A stretch of 64,000 nt of DNA from Escherichia phage LHE287, in sequence record PP761450.1; one strand, written 5' to 3'. Position 1 is the first letter of the stretch. Each line of letters opens with the position of its first letter. Shown here one piece after another: positions 9,509-19,529 of this stretch. Below the pieces are notes generated by a model that saw only the letters and a list, made by a program, of their open reading frames with translations, was not told the DNA's origin and did no database searches. The translations under genes were made by a program, and so were the position numbers.

Positions 9509-10931
9509 TACCCTTCTCCAACAGGAATGTGATGTTTTCGATGTACGCTTTCTGTATCGCATAGACTTCATCCAGTGTGTTGGCCACTTTCTTGTCAATG
9601 CGGACTTCTACAAGGCGAGGTAGGAACAAAGACTTCATCGCATCATCGGTCTTATCCTGTACGCCATTGGAGAGCACTGCGGCGATCTTGCCAATGTAGT
9701 CGCCCTGGTTCTCCCACATATGGCGTCTCAGCTCATCTGAGATCCCTGATACGCCAACAACAAGCAGGCTGTCGGAAGTTTTACAAATCAGTGAGCCAAA
9801 AGTCTTGGCGTGTTTGCCTTTCTTGTCGGCCTCGTTGAATCCCACGATTTCAAGGTCACACTCAACCTCCATCTTCAGCTTCAGACCTTCAGAAGAAGTA
9901 CCATCTTCCCAAGGCATGTCGGCGGCCTTACATATCGTGCCTTCTTCTTTGCGAGCCAGCGCGTCTTTGAAGTGGTCGACGGCTTCGGCAAATGAGTGAA
10001 CAACGCGGGTTTCTTGAACCTGAACCAGACCGTCGTCTTCATCAAACAGTTGCTGGATGATATCGAAGCGGCGCTCATACGGGGTGTCCACGCGCTGGGC
10101 GTTGAACCAGTTGTCGTACGGGATAACATCCCACACCCGGTAGATTACCCGATAACGATCTTCCAGGGGTTCTCCTGTCTGAATCACGCTGTTGAGTTTA
10201 CCGTTACCGACAGCACGAGGCAGGATGGTATTCGACTTGAGGTCAACAACGAGAAGTTCACCATGGAACACACTCTCACCAATCCCCGCATCGTAGATCA
10301 GGTCTTTGAACACCAGTGAAAGGTTATCAACCGAACCACCTGCGATAAGGGAACCGGAGCGAGAGCGAATCTCAGGTTCTTTATTGTACCGACATATGAT
10401 GTTGGCGAACATACCGTCTGACTTCAGCTGGCTGTAGACGCCGCGCTTGAAGTCCATCTTCTTCAGCAGGTCAATCGTCATGTTGTCATAACGATGATAT
10501 GGAAGGATGTTGATCAGGCGTCCAGTGCCTCCGGCGGCGTTGAATGCAGCGTTGATACCCTTCTCTGCGATACCCGCCTTGATATCACGGTCTAGGATCA
10601 TCTGAATGAGTTCGTGGTATTGGGGATCCATCTTCAGGGCGACAGAGGCCAACAGGGCATCAGCCTTTTGGCCACCGACAAGGCGCTGCGCCATCTGGTC
10701 GAGGACGTCATAGACTTCGCTGATGTCATCAGTCTTCTCACGGACGAGCATGCGAGGGTACGCGCTGAGCTTCAACTCAGTCCGATAGAACGACGTCATT
10801 GGGTCATAGACATATTGCAGGAAGTCTGCCAAGTCTGGGTTATTCTTGAATGCTTCGGTCAGCACAGCTTTCTTCGCATTGCTGCCTTTGGTTTCGCGAA
10901 GTCGGTGGACTGTTTCAAGGATAGGGATCAT
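9501..10931 (-). CDS. 30: ATP-dependent DNA ligase
   Basis: 476 aa; adenylation motif KSDG (K-x-D-G); T4 gp30-like length; GGAG RBS. Confidence 0.9.
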   Translation of the reverse strand: MIPILETVHRLRETKGSNAKKAVLTEAFKNNPDLADFLQYVYDPMTSFYRTELKLSAYPRMLVREKTDDISEVYDVLDQMAQRLVGGQKADALLASVALKMDPQYHELIQMILDRDIKAGIAEKGINAAFNAAGGTGRLINILPYHRYDNMTIDLLKKMDFKRGVYSQLKSDGMFANIICRYNKEPEIRSRSGSLIAGGSVDNLSLVFKDLIYDAGIGESVFHGELLVVDLKSNTILPRAVGNGKLNSVIQTGEPLEDRYRVIYRVWDVIPYDNWFNAQRVDTPYERRFDIIQQLFDEDDGLVQVQETRVVHSFAEAVDHFKDALARKEEGTICKAADMPWEDGTSSEGLKLKMEVECDLEIVGFNEADKKGKHAKTFGSLICKTSDSLLVVGVSGISDELRRHMWENQGDYIGKIAAVLSNGVQDKTDDAMKSLFLPRLVEVRIDKKVANTLDEVYAIQKAYIENITFLLEKGNG

Positions 10932-11044
10932 GTGGTGTCTCCAGGGTTATATGTGCTGCTATTATAACCCTGGGGACTTCAATAGATTATTGGCGGGTGT
11001 GAGATTTTGCCTGACCGATAATGAGGTCAGTGTGTAGTCCTCAG

Positions 11045-11386
11045 TTATTTCTTCGGAGGTTCAATTGAGGTGAAAGAATCCTTCCAACTCTTGAATTTTT
11101 CAACCAGAGCTTCTTTACCCAGCTCGTCATTTGACACGCTGTGAATATAGGCGAATGCTCCATAGCCGGATCCTGGCATAGCCTTGCAGATGCGCAGACT
11201 GACCAAAGAATCTCCTACGGAAACAAGATAGTGGTCACGACGATTGTTCAGGGCATAATGGTTGTCGTGAAACTTGTCAACAATAACACAGTTCTGAGGT
11301 TCGACGTCAATCGGTAGCCCGTTGGCTTCGGATCCGCCGCGCCCAAGCACGCAGCCTGGGAATAATGTTTCTACGAGTGTAGTCAT
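11045..11386 (-). CDS. Hypothetical small protein, possibly co-chaperonin gp31-like
   Basis: 113 aa; strong RBS AGAAGGAA; sits next to ligase as gene 31 does in T4; YIHSVSND resembles VVHSVGPD of gp31; weak. Confidence 0.4.
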   Translation of the reverse strand: MTTLVETLFPGCVLGRGGSEANGLPIDVEPQNCVIVDKFHDNHYALNNRRDHYLVSVGDSLVSLRICKAMPGSGYGAFAYIHSVSNDELGKEALVEKFKSWKDSFTSIEPPKK

Positions 11387-11640
11387 AGTCTGTTCCTTCT
11401 GTAAGTTCCCATGTATTATATGGGTGAATAGTTTATTGAATTATTTGTTATGAAACCCAGAGCCTTGCGGACTTCTTCACGATTTTTAATTTCGGTCTGA
11501 GCCTCTGTGCGATTAATCTAGCGCTTGTGATGTCGGGAGAGGGCTTTGTAAACAAGCCTTGGCGTCAATGGCATCGATTAGACAACGGATCTCAGCGCAT
11601 CAGAGGCTTGCCCAACAGCCAGTTGAAATACTTGCGCATG

Positions 11641-11853
11641 TCACTTCCTCATCAGTGAGAGTAGGTTGACCGTAGCCGGACGCGCATCAGGGGCGTAGAA
11701 GACGTCCTGAGAGTGCCTCTTACAGCACGGGCAATCCTTCGTGGCGATTACACAGGGAGCCTTGTCCACGGCAAATCCAGCGGCTTCGGCTTCCTTCACA
11801 GTGGTGAATGGCATGTAGGCACTTGTACCCTGCCCTCCGCATGAACATTCCAT
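11641..11853 (-). CDS. Small Cys-rich protein
   Basis: ATG at 11853 (track start is TTG); CxCGG...CPCC cysteine cluster. Confidence 0.35.
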   Translation of the reverse strand: MECSCGGQGTSAYMPFTTVKEAEAAGFAVDKAPCVIATKDCPCCKRHSQDVFYAPDARPATVNLLSLMRK

Positions 11854-11965
11854 CAACGTTTCCTCTTAAAGGGGATGACCAGGGCTATGATGAGAAGCAT
11901 AGCTGTAATCATCCCACATGCTATCAGACCAAAGGCGAACGACTTCAGAACAAACTCAATCAAAT

Positions 11966-13159
11966 TCATAATTTCCTCAATTTGGCTCTAGTGACCTGAG
12001 TTTGTTTAACGCCGTTGTACTCAGTCAGTTCTTTGACACGACCACGGATGATCATATCGCCCTGCAAGAACTCTGTATCCATATAAGAGGTCTTCCAGGT
12101 AATTGTATTGCCTTCTGCTGTTTTGAAAGTAAACAGGTAACTATCACCATATTCATTGGAGAAGAGAAAGGTGCGCTTGTCGAACCTGACTTGCACTTCC
12201 AGCATTTCACCGACTTCACCCACCCATTTGTTCTCCGCCTTGCGGTCAGTACGAGGACGATGGATGTAATCGTAATACTTCTTGGCACCCCAGCGGACTG
12301 TGTTGTTATCCTTGATGAGGTGATAGCCGGGTTCACACATGCGTTTCAGGCGGACATTGAACTCATTGGATTCGGACAGCGCACTGATGAAGAGCTTCAT
12401 ATGGTACATTTCCGACTCGGCATCTTCACGGTATTCGTGTGCCTTGTTTACGAAATACTCTTCATCGGAACCTGCTTTTGGTTTCTGGTGAGACCGGACA
12501 TAGCCCAGTACTTTGTCAAACAGTTCAGACTTGATATCCACGCCTGCCAGCAACACTTGGAAGCATGCGCGCAGGTAACTGTGGGTGTCGGTGAAGCGCT
12601 CATTTTGGACGCGATATATACCCTCTGGGTCGTCCTCGTCTGGCATGAAGAACTCTTGGATTTCCAGATAGTAAGACATAATCGCGTCAAGGGACTTCTG
12701 ATGAGGCACATAATGATGCATACAGGTGCTACCAATCAGCATCTGGGTATGCGTTTCCTCATTTTCAATCACATACGTGTTCTTGCGACGGATGGCTAGA
12801 TTGCAATGCTGACACCAAGAGACGTTCTCTGTCTCGAAGCGACGGATGAAGTCAGGATTGATGTTGTCGGACAGGCGGTTAAGAATAACCTTTGGATATT
12901 CGTGATTGAACTGACCGATGATCTTCCAGCCACCATAAGAGATGGGGCGGTCAATGCCTTCGCCTTCGAGAGTAACAGGTTTCCACCAGTGAGTAAGGAT
13001 CTCACCAGTGAAGTCGCGGGTGTGGGTTTTGAAGGGTTCACCATAAGTCACGGTCGGAAACGGAACACCCAACCTTTCGGCAGTGCGCTCGAGCTTCTTC
13101 AGTCGCTCAACTACCAACCCTTCATTGTCGATCGGAATATTGAATGTTTTGACGTTCAT
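11966..13159 (-). CDS. Hypothetical protein (397 aa)
   Basis: ATG at 13159 with GAGG RBS, downstream of an early-type promoter; no recognisable motifs. Confidence 0.6.
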   Translation of the reverse strand: MNVKTFNIPIDNEGLVVERLKKLERTAERLGVPFPTVTYGEPFKTHTRDFTGEILTHWWKPVTLEGEGIDRPISYGGWKIIGQFNHEYPKVILNRLSDNINPDFIRRFETENVSWCQHCNLAIRRKNTYVIENEETHTQMLIGSTCMHHYVPHQKSLDAIMSYYLEIQEFFMPDEDDPEGIYRVQNERFTDTHSYLRACFQVLLAGVDIKSELFDKVLGYVRSHQKPKAGSDEEYFVNKAHEYREDAESEMYHMKLFISALSESNEFNVRLKRMCEPGYHLIKDNNTVRWGAKKYYDYIHRPRTDRKAENKWVGEVGEMLEVQVRFDKRTFLFSNEYGDSYLFTFKTAEGNTITWKTSYMDTEFLQGDMIIRGRVKELTEYNGVKQTQVTRAKLRKL

Positions 13160-13202
13160 TTCCAGCCTCATGATGTAGTTGTAACTCTTCAATACAGATT
13201 AA

Positions 13203-13231
13203 ATATTAGGCGATTATTTCTTGAAAGTAAA
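13203..13231 (-). promoter_or_regulatory. Early sigma70-like promoter (TTTACT-N17-TAATAT)
   Basis: -35 TTTACT and -10 TAATAT on the minus strand with a 17-bp spacer, just downstream of a terminator hairpin and upstream of the gene starting at 13159. Confidence 0.45.
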
Positions 13232-13246
13232 GTTATTGAAGTAAAA

Positions 13247-13267
13247 AGCCCAGTACTTGACTGGGCT
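13247..13267 (-). terminator. Intrinsic terminator
   Basis: AGCCCAG / CTGGGCT stem, then TTTTT on the minus strand. Confidence 0.5.
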
Positions 13268-13285
13268 TCTTGGTGTTCGATTGAC

Positions 13286-13600
13286 TTATTCGCCACTGAC
13301 ATTCGGATCTCGATCGGGCTTGGCGTTCGGGAATAGAGACTCGTATAAGTCTTGATATTTCTCGCTCGTTTCGATCGTCTTATGGTAAGTTCCATTGGCG
13401 CGGTCGGATACAACCTTGCGCAAGTCGCTGGCCTTGATACCCGTGTCTTTCGCCAGCTCGGCCAGAGTCTCAGTGATGAAAGTCTGTTCCGACTTGATGC
13501 GGACCTGGGCAGCACGACAGTTTTCAATTGCACCTATCAGCTTGCGACGGGATTCAGGATCAGATGGTAGTACATAAAAGCCGATTTGTTCTACAGACAT
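13286..13600 (-). CDS. Hypothetical protein
   Basis: 104-aa ORF, ATG start, tightly packed. Confidence 0.5.
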   Translation of the reverse strand: MSVEQIGFYVLPSDPESRRKLIGAIENCRAAQVRIKSEQTFITETLAELAKDTGIKASDLRKVVSDRANGTYHKTIETSEKYQDLYESLFPNAKPDRDPNVSGE

Positions 13601-13615
13601 TTGGTGTTCCTCTTG

Positions 13616-13951
13616 TTAAGATCTCATGCCTTGTGGGATCAGATTAGTCCCGCAACGGCGTAAAAAGAAGTTTACGATTGAGTGATACTGGAACTTCGGG
13701 ATGATCTCTACACCATCTTCCGTCGTATACCATTCCACTGTGTTGGTGCGCACTGGAAGGGGAAATGACGGCAGATCCAGCTGTACGAGTTCACCCTCTT
13801 GGCATATCATACCAATTCCATATTCCTCCCAGATTTTACGATTGTTGAAGAACTCCAGAGTCTGCTCCGGACTCAGCTCAATCGCTTGTTTGGTGTGGCA
13901 CACCTGTTTGGCGGCCTGCACCAGGCCAGCCATAAAATCATTGTGTGACAT
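13616..13951 (-). CDS. Hypothetical protein
   Basis: 111-aa ORF, ATG start. Confidence 0.5.
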   Translation of the reverse strand: MSHNDFMAGLVQAAKQVCHTKQAIELSPEQTLEFFNNRKIWEEYGIGMICQEGELVQLDLPSFPLPVRTNTVEWYTTEDGVEIIPKFQYHSIVNFFLRRCGTNLIPQGMRS

Positions 13952-14015
13952 GATGTGCTCCTGGTTTACATTCAGATCATAGAATTATACCCTATGACCC
14001 GCTTTATTGAATTGC

Positions 14016-15440
14016 CTAGAATTTCCAATTATTGACTGTTTGGGCTTTCTGCTCATCGCTGGCAGTAGCCCCGGACTTGTTGAGGTCATGTTTGATGTGT
14101 ACGTTTTCGACATATTTGGCCTCAGCCTCGGTCAGGTCCTTCTTAACTTCATTCCAGTCCAGGTCAAACAGGATCTGTTTGTCTTGGTCCATACCAAACA
14201 GGAATGATTTCAGCTTCTGCTTGTTGGCATAACGGTTCTTGAGTATTGAGGCTCGGGCTTTCTTGACCGCCGCCAGTTCGTCAGGAGCATAGAATGCCAT
14301 GATGAAGTCGGCCACCTTCGGAATACCGATAGCATCTGCCAAATCACTGATTCCACCATCAGTGCTATTCTGATTCTCACGATTGAACTGCATACCAGTC
14401 CATACAGGGACATCAAACTCAAATCCCAGCGCACGAAACTCACGAGCCACAGACGTGTAATAGACGTTCGTGTTCTGCATCAGGTGGGCAGGCAGGCGCG
14501 AGGAAGCAGCTTCGCCAAGATAGTCAATAACGATAACATCAGGAGCACGACCAGTTGCCTGGATGTACTCAAGGATATCGCGGCGGAATAAACCTGTGTG
14601 TCCAGTACCAGAAGGATATTCCTTGATGACGATATCACCCTTGGGCGCACCATCTTGGCGACTGCGGAGCTTCTCTATCGTTGCAATATACTCGTGCCTT
14701 GTGAGTTTCTCTAAAGACTCAAAGTCGCGTCGCATGATACGGGCATCAAGACGGTGTCGCCAGACGTTCTCAGCCACTTCAAGGGTGAAGACAAAGACGT
14801 TCAGCCCCTGCTCAGAGTACCCTGCGGTCAGGTCAATCAGCGTTGTGGTCTTACCTGCGTTGATCGCACCTGTTACGATGTTCAGTGTCTTCTTACCAAC
14901 GCCACCACGTGTCGCCTTATTGAAGATCTCAACTGCGAACGGGATCTTGGCCTCGTTGGAGTTCATGTGGTCATACTGCTCTGCCGCCATCTCCCAATAG
15001 ATGTGACCGAGGTATGAATCAAACCGGATCGCCAGGGCTTCCTGCAACATGGTCGGGATGTTGTTCATCTCGTCCTTGCGCTTCTCGTCACCGTAGATGT
15101 TAACGGCGGTCTTGATTGCGTTGTGTACGGCCTTTTGCCGCGCCCAAGCCTCGGTTTCCTTCGCCAGCCACTCTTCATTGAAGGTGTTGTCGTTGATGTT
15201 CTCCAGGGCAGATACCGCCTGGTCAAACACATATTCGTTCAGCTTTGTCCGTTCAAGAATTATAGATAGTGCTTCGACAGACGGGCGGGCATTGTACTCT
15301 GAGGTATAACTGTCAATCAGACCAAAGATGACCTTTTCGCCTTCGTTGTCAAAATAATCGGCTTTCAGGTACGGCAGGATCTTTCTTTGGTAATCTTCAT
15401 TGTAAATCAACTGTGAAAGCACGACAGATTCGAGTAACAT
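14016..15440 (-). CDS. 41: Replicative DNA helicase (DnaB-like, gp41)
   Basis: 474 aa; Walker A GAINAGKTT; T4 gp41-like length. Confidence 0.9.
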   Translation of the reverse strand: MLLESVVLSQLIYNEDYQRKILPYLKADYFDNEGEKVIFGLIDSYTSEYNARPSVEALSIILERTKLNEYVFDQAVSALENINDNTFNEEWLAKETEAWARQKAVHNAIKTAVNIYGDEKRKDEMNNIPTMLQEALAIRFDSYLGHIYWEMAAEQYDHMNSNEAKIPFAVEIFNKATRGGVGKKTLNIVTGAINAGKTTTLIDLTAGYSEQGLNVFVFTLEVAENVWRHRLDARIMRRDFESLEKLTRHEYIATIEKLRSRQDGAPKGDIVIKEYPSGTGHTGLFRRDILEYIQATGRAPDVIVIDYLGEAASSRLPAHLMQNTNVYYTSVAREFRALGFEFDVPVWTGMQFNRENQNSTDGGISDLADAIGIPKVADFIMAFYAPDELAAVKKARASILKNRYANKQKLKSFLFGMDQDKQILFDLDWNEVKKDLTEAEAKYVENVHIKHDLNKSGATASDEQKAQTVNNWKF

Positions 15441-15446
15441 TGGCCA

Positions 15447-15776
15447 CTACCCCACCAAAAATTTATTATATTCCTGAGCATTACGCTGCATGAGGTCTAC
15501 AAGGATATCCCCTGACACCTCAGTGAACAAGTCATTTTCTTTCAAATTCACAAACATCAGACGCAATGGTTTCTTCAATATATCAGTCACGAAAGACAGG
15601 CGGGGTTCGCCGTCCACTTCGTTGATGGCCACCTTGCCGAACCGGAATTGAACACCACGGAATTTGCCAGAAGTGATCTTGATGATCGCCAGCTGATCAG
15701 CACCAGGGTCGATGATTGTGTAGTTATTGGGGGAGTCTCCTCCCCCTCCACTGTTATTCGCTTGTGTTAATAACAT
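15447..15776 (-). CDS. Hypothetical protein (same position as T4 gene 40)
   Basis: ATG at 15776; sits between uvsX and the helicase as gene 40 does in T4; Gly-run near N-terminus. Confidence 0.4.
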   Translation of the reverse strand: MLLTQANNSGGGGDSPNNYTIIDPGADQLAIIKITSGKFRGVQFRFGKVAINEVDGEPRLSFVTDILKKPLRLMFVNLKENDLFTEVSGDILVDLMQRNAQEYNKFLVG

Positions 15777-16839
15777 GGTCCATTTGCTCCAGCATGTTAG
15801 CAGGCATAACAGTACCGTTAGAAACACCGAACATTTTCTTCACGTCATCGGCGAAGTTGACATTCTCCAGCAGCGGATACCAGAAATCATCATCCATCTG
15901 ACGCTTCTGATATTTCTTTTCCTTCTCAGGATCGAAACCACCCTTGGCTGTACGCACATACCAACCGGAAGACGGCATATCAACATAACCCAGAGCACGA
16001 GCGATCTCAAGCAGGCCGCTCCAGCGATCAATACCACCGTTGTACAGTACCGTCACAGGGAGCTTGGCTTTCTCTTTGACATGGCGACCTTTCATGATGC
16101 TTATGTTGAAGTTCCAACCCAGCAGATCTTTGTCTTCCTTCACCTGAGAACGGGTGATAAACCAGATCAAGTTGGATGATAAGAAGCCCTGCTTGCCGCC
16201 TTTGATGTTGGGCTCGGCATACTGGTTGCCGATCTCATCGTAATAGGAGTTGATCCAAACACACACGAGATTTTTGCTGTTGATTTCGGGAGTCATGACA
16301 CGCCAGAAGCTGTTAAGGGCACGGGCGCGGGTCATGTCTTGAGTGTCGTTCCCTTTGATCGCATCTTCAACTTCCTTGGTGGAGGGAAGTTGGCTGATAG
16401 AGTCGATGAAGATTATAACATGGTCGCCTTTCTTGACTTCCTGTAGGATCTGCAGCAAGCGGATCTTGGTCTGTTCAACGTTGTCGATCGGTACGTACAG
16501 GACGCGGTCCATGTCAATGCCCATAGAGGTCCAGTAATCGGCGTTGGCACCCTTTTCTGAGTCCGCAAAGACGCAGATAGCATCAGGGAACTTGTCCATG
16601 TACGCCTTGACGTCTACCAGACCGAACATCGTTTTGAAGGTACGGGAATCACCCACCATCATCTTGATACCGGAGATCAGACCGCCGTCAATACGCCCAG
16701 ACCATGCGATATCGATCAGGGGAATACCAGTAGAACAGATGATAGACGGTTCCAGAGCGTCGGATTTGGACAGCACTGAAGCCTGGTCATCGTGTTTCTT
16801 AGCAACCTTCAGCATGCGGTCCATTAATGAACTGGCCAT
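15754..16839 (-). CDS. uvsX: RecA-like recombinase UvsX
   Basis: 361 aa; RecA-fold motifs incl. GDSRTFKT Walker-A-like; N-terminus resembles T4 UvsX. Confidence 0.9.
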   Translation of the reverse strand: MASSLMDRMLKVAKKHDDQASVLSKSDALEPSIICSTGIPLIDIAWSGRIDGGLISGIKMMVGDSRTFKTMFGLVDVKAYMDKFPDAICVFADSEKGANADYWTSMGIDMDRVLYVPIDNVEQTKIRLLQILQEVKKGDHVIIFIDSISQLPSTKEVEDAIKGNDTQDMTRARALNSFWRVMTPEINSKNLVCVWINSYYDEIGNQYAEPNIKGGKQGFLSSNLIWFITRSQVKEDKDLLGWNFNISIMKGRHVKEKAKLPVTVLYNGGIDRWSGLLEIARALGYVDMPSSGWYVRTAKGGFDPEKEKKYQKRQMDDDFWYPLLENVNFADDVKKMFGVSNGTVMPANMLEQMDHVINTSE

Positions 16840-17366
16840 TTCACTTCCTCTTTATTGTTGATCGTCGTTAATAATTCTACACCCATAACCTTCTGGGACA
16901 AAATGTTAACCGCCTCTTGGATGCTCTTCAGGGACATTGTCTCAACAAGTGACGATGCGTCATTATGCCGGTCGGTTAGGTACATATTGCGCAGATTGTT
17001 GTAGTTCGTGCGGTTGATGCACGCAGTGTTCAGTGCTATATTCAGGATATACATCATCTGTTCAATGGTTACATCCTTTGGCATAGCGTGGATGTAATAG
17101 ATCGAGCCTTCAAAATAGACGTCTACCAGTTCATCTGGTATCTTGATGCCACCACCGGCATACTCTTCGATCATCCTGAACAGAGACTCTGGTTGCTCGC
17201 TGGCGATCTTATGCGTAACAGTCGCCGAAAGACCGTCGCCCGGTTTAACAGGCCTGGTGTATTCGGTAAAGAATACATTATGACCGCCGCCGATGATGTG
17301 CTCGGCGAAATTAGCGGATGCGTTCGCCGCGTTGTCTGCATGATATGAAACGACGACTGTAAACAT
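16824..17366 (-). CDS. Hypothetical protein
   Basis: 180-aa ORF in the nucleotide-metabolism block. Confidence 0.5.
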   Translation of the reverse strand: MFTVVVSYHADNAANASANFAEHIIGGGHNVFFTEYTRPVKPGDGLSATVTHKIASEQPESLFRMIEEYAGGGIKIPDELVDVYFEGSIYYIHAMPKDVTIEQMMYILNIALNTACINRTNYNNLRNMYLTDRHNDASSLVETMSLKSIQEAVNILSQKVMGVELLTTINNKEEVKWPVH

Positions 17367-17920
17367 TAGAACTCCAGGGTCAGAGGGGTTTCTGCGGACT
17401 TATCGTAACCCGCACCGCCAGCAGCACGCAGACGGTTGCGATCGTTCTTGCGTTTGTGTGCCAGTATGTAAGTCTCAATGTCGATCTCCATATAAGAACA
17501 CGCAGACGACAGGAAGAACATGAGAGTCTCAACGCAAGGATCGTTCATGAATTGCCCAAGGCGGTACGTAACATTGCGATGCCCTACAACACCCAAAGCA
17601 GATGGGGTGAATTCGCGATTACTAAGGACTTCAAATTCTTCTTCGATCTCACCTTTGGTGCGGTCCACAAGGATGAAGCACAACATGAAGTGTACCACGT
17701 CTACCAGTTCATAAACTGCGTTCGTATGGTCAAACCCGATGTCGTTGCCATAGACCTTCCAGTCACGGGTGGTTTCATCAAGGAACTCTGCCCACTCACG
17801 ATAGATAGAGTTGATGACTGCGTTCTGACTCCATACATTCTTCCACTCTTCCCCAAAGTAGGCCACGTTAGTGGCCTTTTGGAGTTCGAGCAGGCTTTTG
17901 ATATGCCCTGCTGTGATCAT
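17366..17920 (-). CDS. All-alpha dNTP pyrophosphatase (gp56 dCTPase/dUTPase-like)
   Basis: YELVDVVHFMLCF and YILAHKRKNDRNR blocks resemble T4 gp56 (ELVDIFHFVLNMF, YYLKNKENFARQDRGY). Confidence 0.55.
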   Translation of the reverse strand: MITAGHIKSLLELQKATNVAYFGEEWKNVWSQNAVINSIYREWAEFLDETTRDWKVYGNDIGFDHTNAVYELVDVVHFMLCFILVDRTKGEIEEEFEVLSNREFTPSALGVVGHRNVTYRLGQFMNDPCVETLMFFLSSACSYMEIDIETYILAHKRKNDRNRLRAAGGAGYDKSAETPLTLEF

Positions 17921-18486
17921 TTACGTTCTCCGTAGAATTTAACGAACGGTGCCCAACCATCAAATGGATTGAGGAATTCGTAGTCCACTTTCATTTGGTC
18001 AATGAAAGCCTCTATATCGTCCTCTATGATACCAGCACGGTCGGCCTTTGAAATACGGGTGATAGGACATTTCGTACTCAGCGCCCATTCATATTCCTGA
18101 GGGGTACGCAGATCGCTCACGATATAATGGACGTGGGGGTTCTGCTCTACCAGAGGAAGCTGGAAGCGCTTGAAGAATGCCAGGAACAGATCGGGTTGTA
18201 CGTAACGCAAGCCCGTATCGCTGCCTAGATGAAGCCAGATCTGCCGTGGAGTTAAGCCCTTGGGGTTATCAGGGTGCACGTAAGGAACGTCCTTCACGGC
18301 ATCCTCTACCTCCGCTGGCAGCCATGGATAGATGTAGTTGGCCACACGGCGCAGTTCATCTGAGAACGAAAGGCGCTGGATGTCCATATCACCCTGTAGT
18401 TGGTGATAGCTGATGAGGGACTCCAAACAGAAGTCCTTACCGGAGCGCTTGCGCCCCGTAAAGAATTCAAGATTTGGATACATCAT
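17917..18486 (-). CDS. Deoxynucleoside monophosphate kinase (gp1-like)
   Basis: N-terminal FTGRKRSGKDF resembles the dNMP-kinase P-loop (GVKRSGKDT in T4 gp1). Confidence 0.5.
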   Translation of the reverse strand: MMYPNLEFFTGRKRSGKDFCLESLISYHQLQGDMDIQRLSFSDELRRVANYIYPWLPAEVEDAVKDVPYVHPDNPKGLTPRQIWLHLGSDTGLRYVQPDLFLAFFKRFQLPLVEQNPHVHYIVSDLRTPQEYEWALSTKCPITRISKADRAGIIEDDIEAFIDQMKVDYEFLNPFDGWAPFVKFYGERK

Positions 18487-19529
18487 ACTACACCTTCCAG
18501 GAACTTAGGATCAATGATCTTGCGGTCAACCGGGGAATGGGTGAGCGCGATGTTCAAGCCATGATCCTGAATCAGGTCCAGGTTAATGAGCTTTTCGTTC
18601 AGTTTGCAGTGCAGACAGTACGCCATCTGTACAATCAGGCCACGATCAGCATCATATTCCTTCAGGTGGGCGACCACAGTTTCCCACGGGCTGCCGATAT
18701 CACAGTGATGAAGCACACCAGTGAACAGATTGCGGATATGGTTCTGGTTGGTCACGTTCGTGAAGTGAATCATGGAGTTGATGAACCCAGCTTCTACTTT
18801 GGTGTCCTTCGTGATCTTGCCAAGCTGCTTCTGGCTGACTTCATTGTTGTAGTAATGAAGATTGTTAGAGAATAGCTTGTACTGACCGACATCAACATCT
18901 AACACCTGAGCAATCACTTCCTGAAGAATAGAGAACTCAATGAAGTTGATTGAACTCATCCCCCACAGAACATCCTGTGAGCGGTTGATGACCGTCAGGT
19001 TCAGACGACCTTCAACGATGGAGAACAACAGAGCCAGATTACACACCATGTCCTTGGTCTTCGCTTCGCCGCTCTCGCTGAACTTCGCCAGACCAGCATC
19101 CGAATCTAGAGCCGGGTCATAGATGGTGAGGTACGCCTGGCGAGTGTTTGGGTTCTTGCGCAGGCGGTTGATAACGCTATCCAGCTGGCCATGGGCGTAC
19201 AGACGCGGACCATAAGCAGCTCGCCATGTTACCCCATCATCCGAAAAGTTAGCAGCGCGAGGCAATACGCGTGACAGGAACTTTATGTCGTTGCGACCTG
19301 ACAACACCCAGAAGGTCTCGCCGATGGCAGCGATAGCCGATGAGTTGCGACCTTCAACGGAGAGCCAGCGGTCACGGATGTCGGCGACGGTTATGGTCAC
19401 GCCATCAAGGAAGCGGGTGCTATCAGTATTGATTTCAGCATTACCAGGATCAGATTCGATCCCGAATTCACGGATAGCCAAGACAGCCTGCTTCAGCATG
19501 TCATTGTTGTTAATTGCTTTGATTTCCAT
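18483..19529 (-). CDS. Thymidylate-synthase-fold pyrimidine hydroxymethylase-like enzyme (dUMP/dCMP hydroxymethyltransferase candidate)
   Basis: Aligns by eye to ThyA: NPNTRQAYLTIYDP (cf. DPDSRRIIVSAWN), catalytic-Cys region MVCNLALLF (cf. APCHAFFQF), NRSQDVLWG...INF (cf. QRSCDVFLGLPFN), LHYY; about 85 aa C-terminal extension. Confidence 0.7.
   Translation of the reverse strand: MEIKAINNNDMLKQAVLAIREFGIESDPGNAEINTDSTRFLDGVTITVADIRDRWLSVEGRNSSAIAAIGETFWVLSGRNDIKFLSRVLPRAANFSDDGVTWRAAYGPRLYAHGQLDSVINRLRKNPNTRQAYLTIYDPALDSDAGLAKFSESGEAKTKDMVCNLALLFSIVEGRLNLTVINRSQDVLWGMSSINFIEFSILQEVIAQVLDVDVGQYKLFSNNLHYYNNEVSQKQLGKITKDTKVEAGFINSMIHFTNVTNQNHIRNLFTGVLHHCDIGSPWETVVAHLKEYDADRGLIVQMAYCLHCKLNEKLINLDLIQDHGLNIALTHSPVDRKIIDPKFLEGVV

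Noticed and set aside
11045-11386. Aspartate decarboxylase or dUTPase assignment for the 113-aa protein
   Set aside because: Motif order does not fit either family; the only support is position next to ligase (as gene 31 in T4) and a weak GroES/gp31-like block, so the call stays low-confidence
18483-19529. Canonical thymidylate synthase
   Set aside because: Catalytic Cys context differs (VCN rather than PCH) and the protein extends about 85 aa beyond the TS C-terminus; a hydroxymethylase-type enzyme is more likely, though unproven
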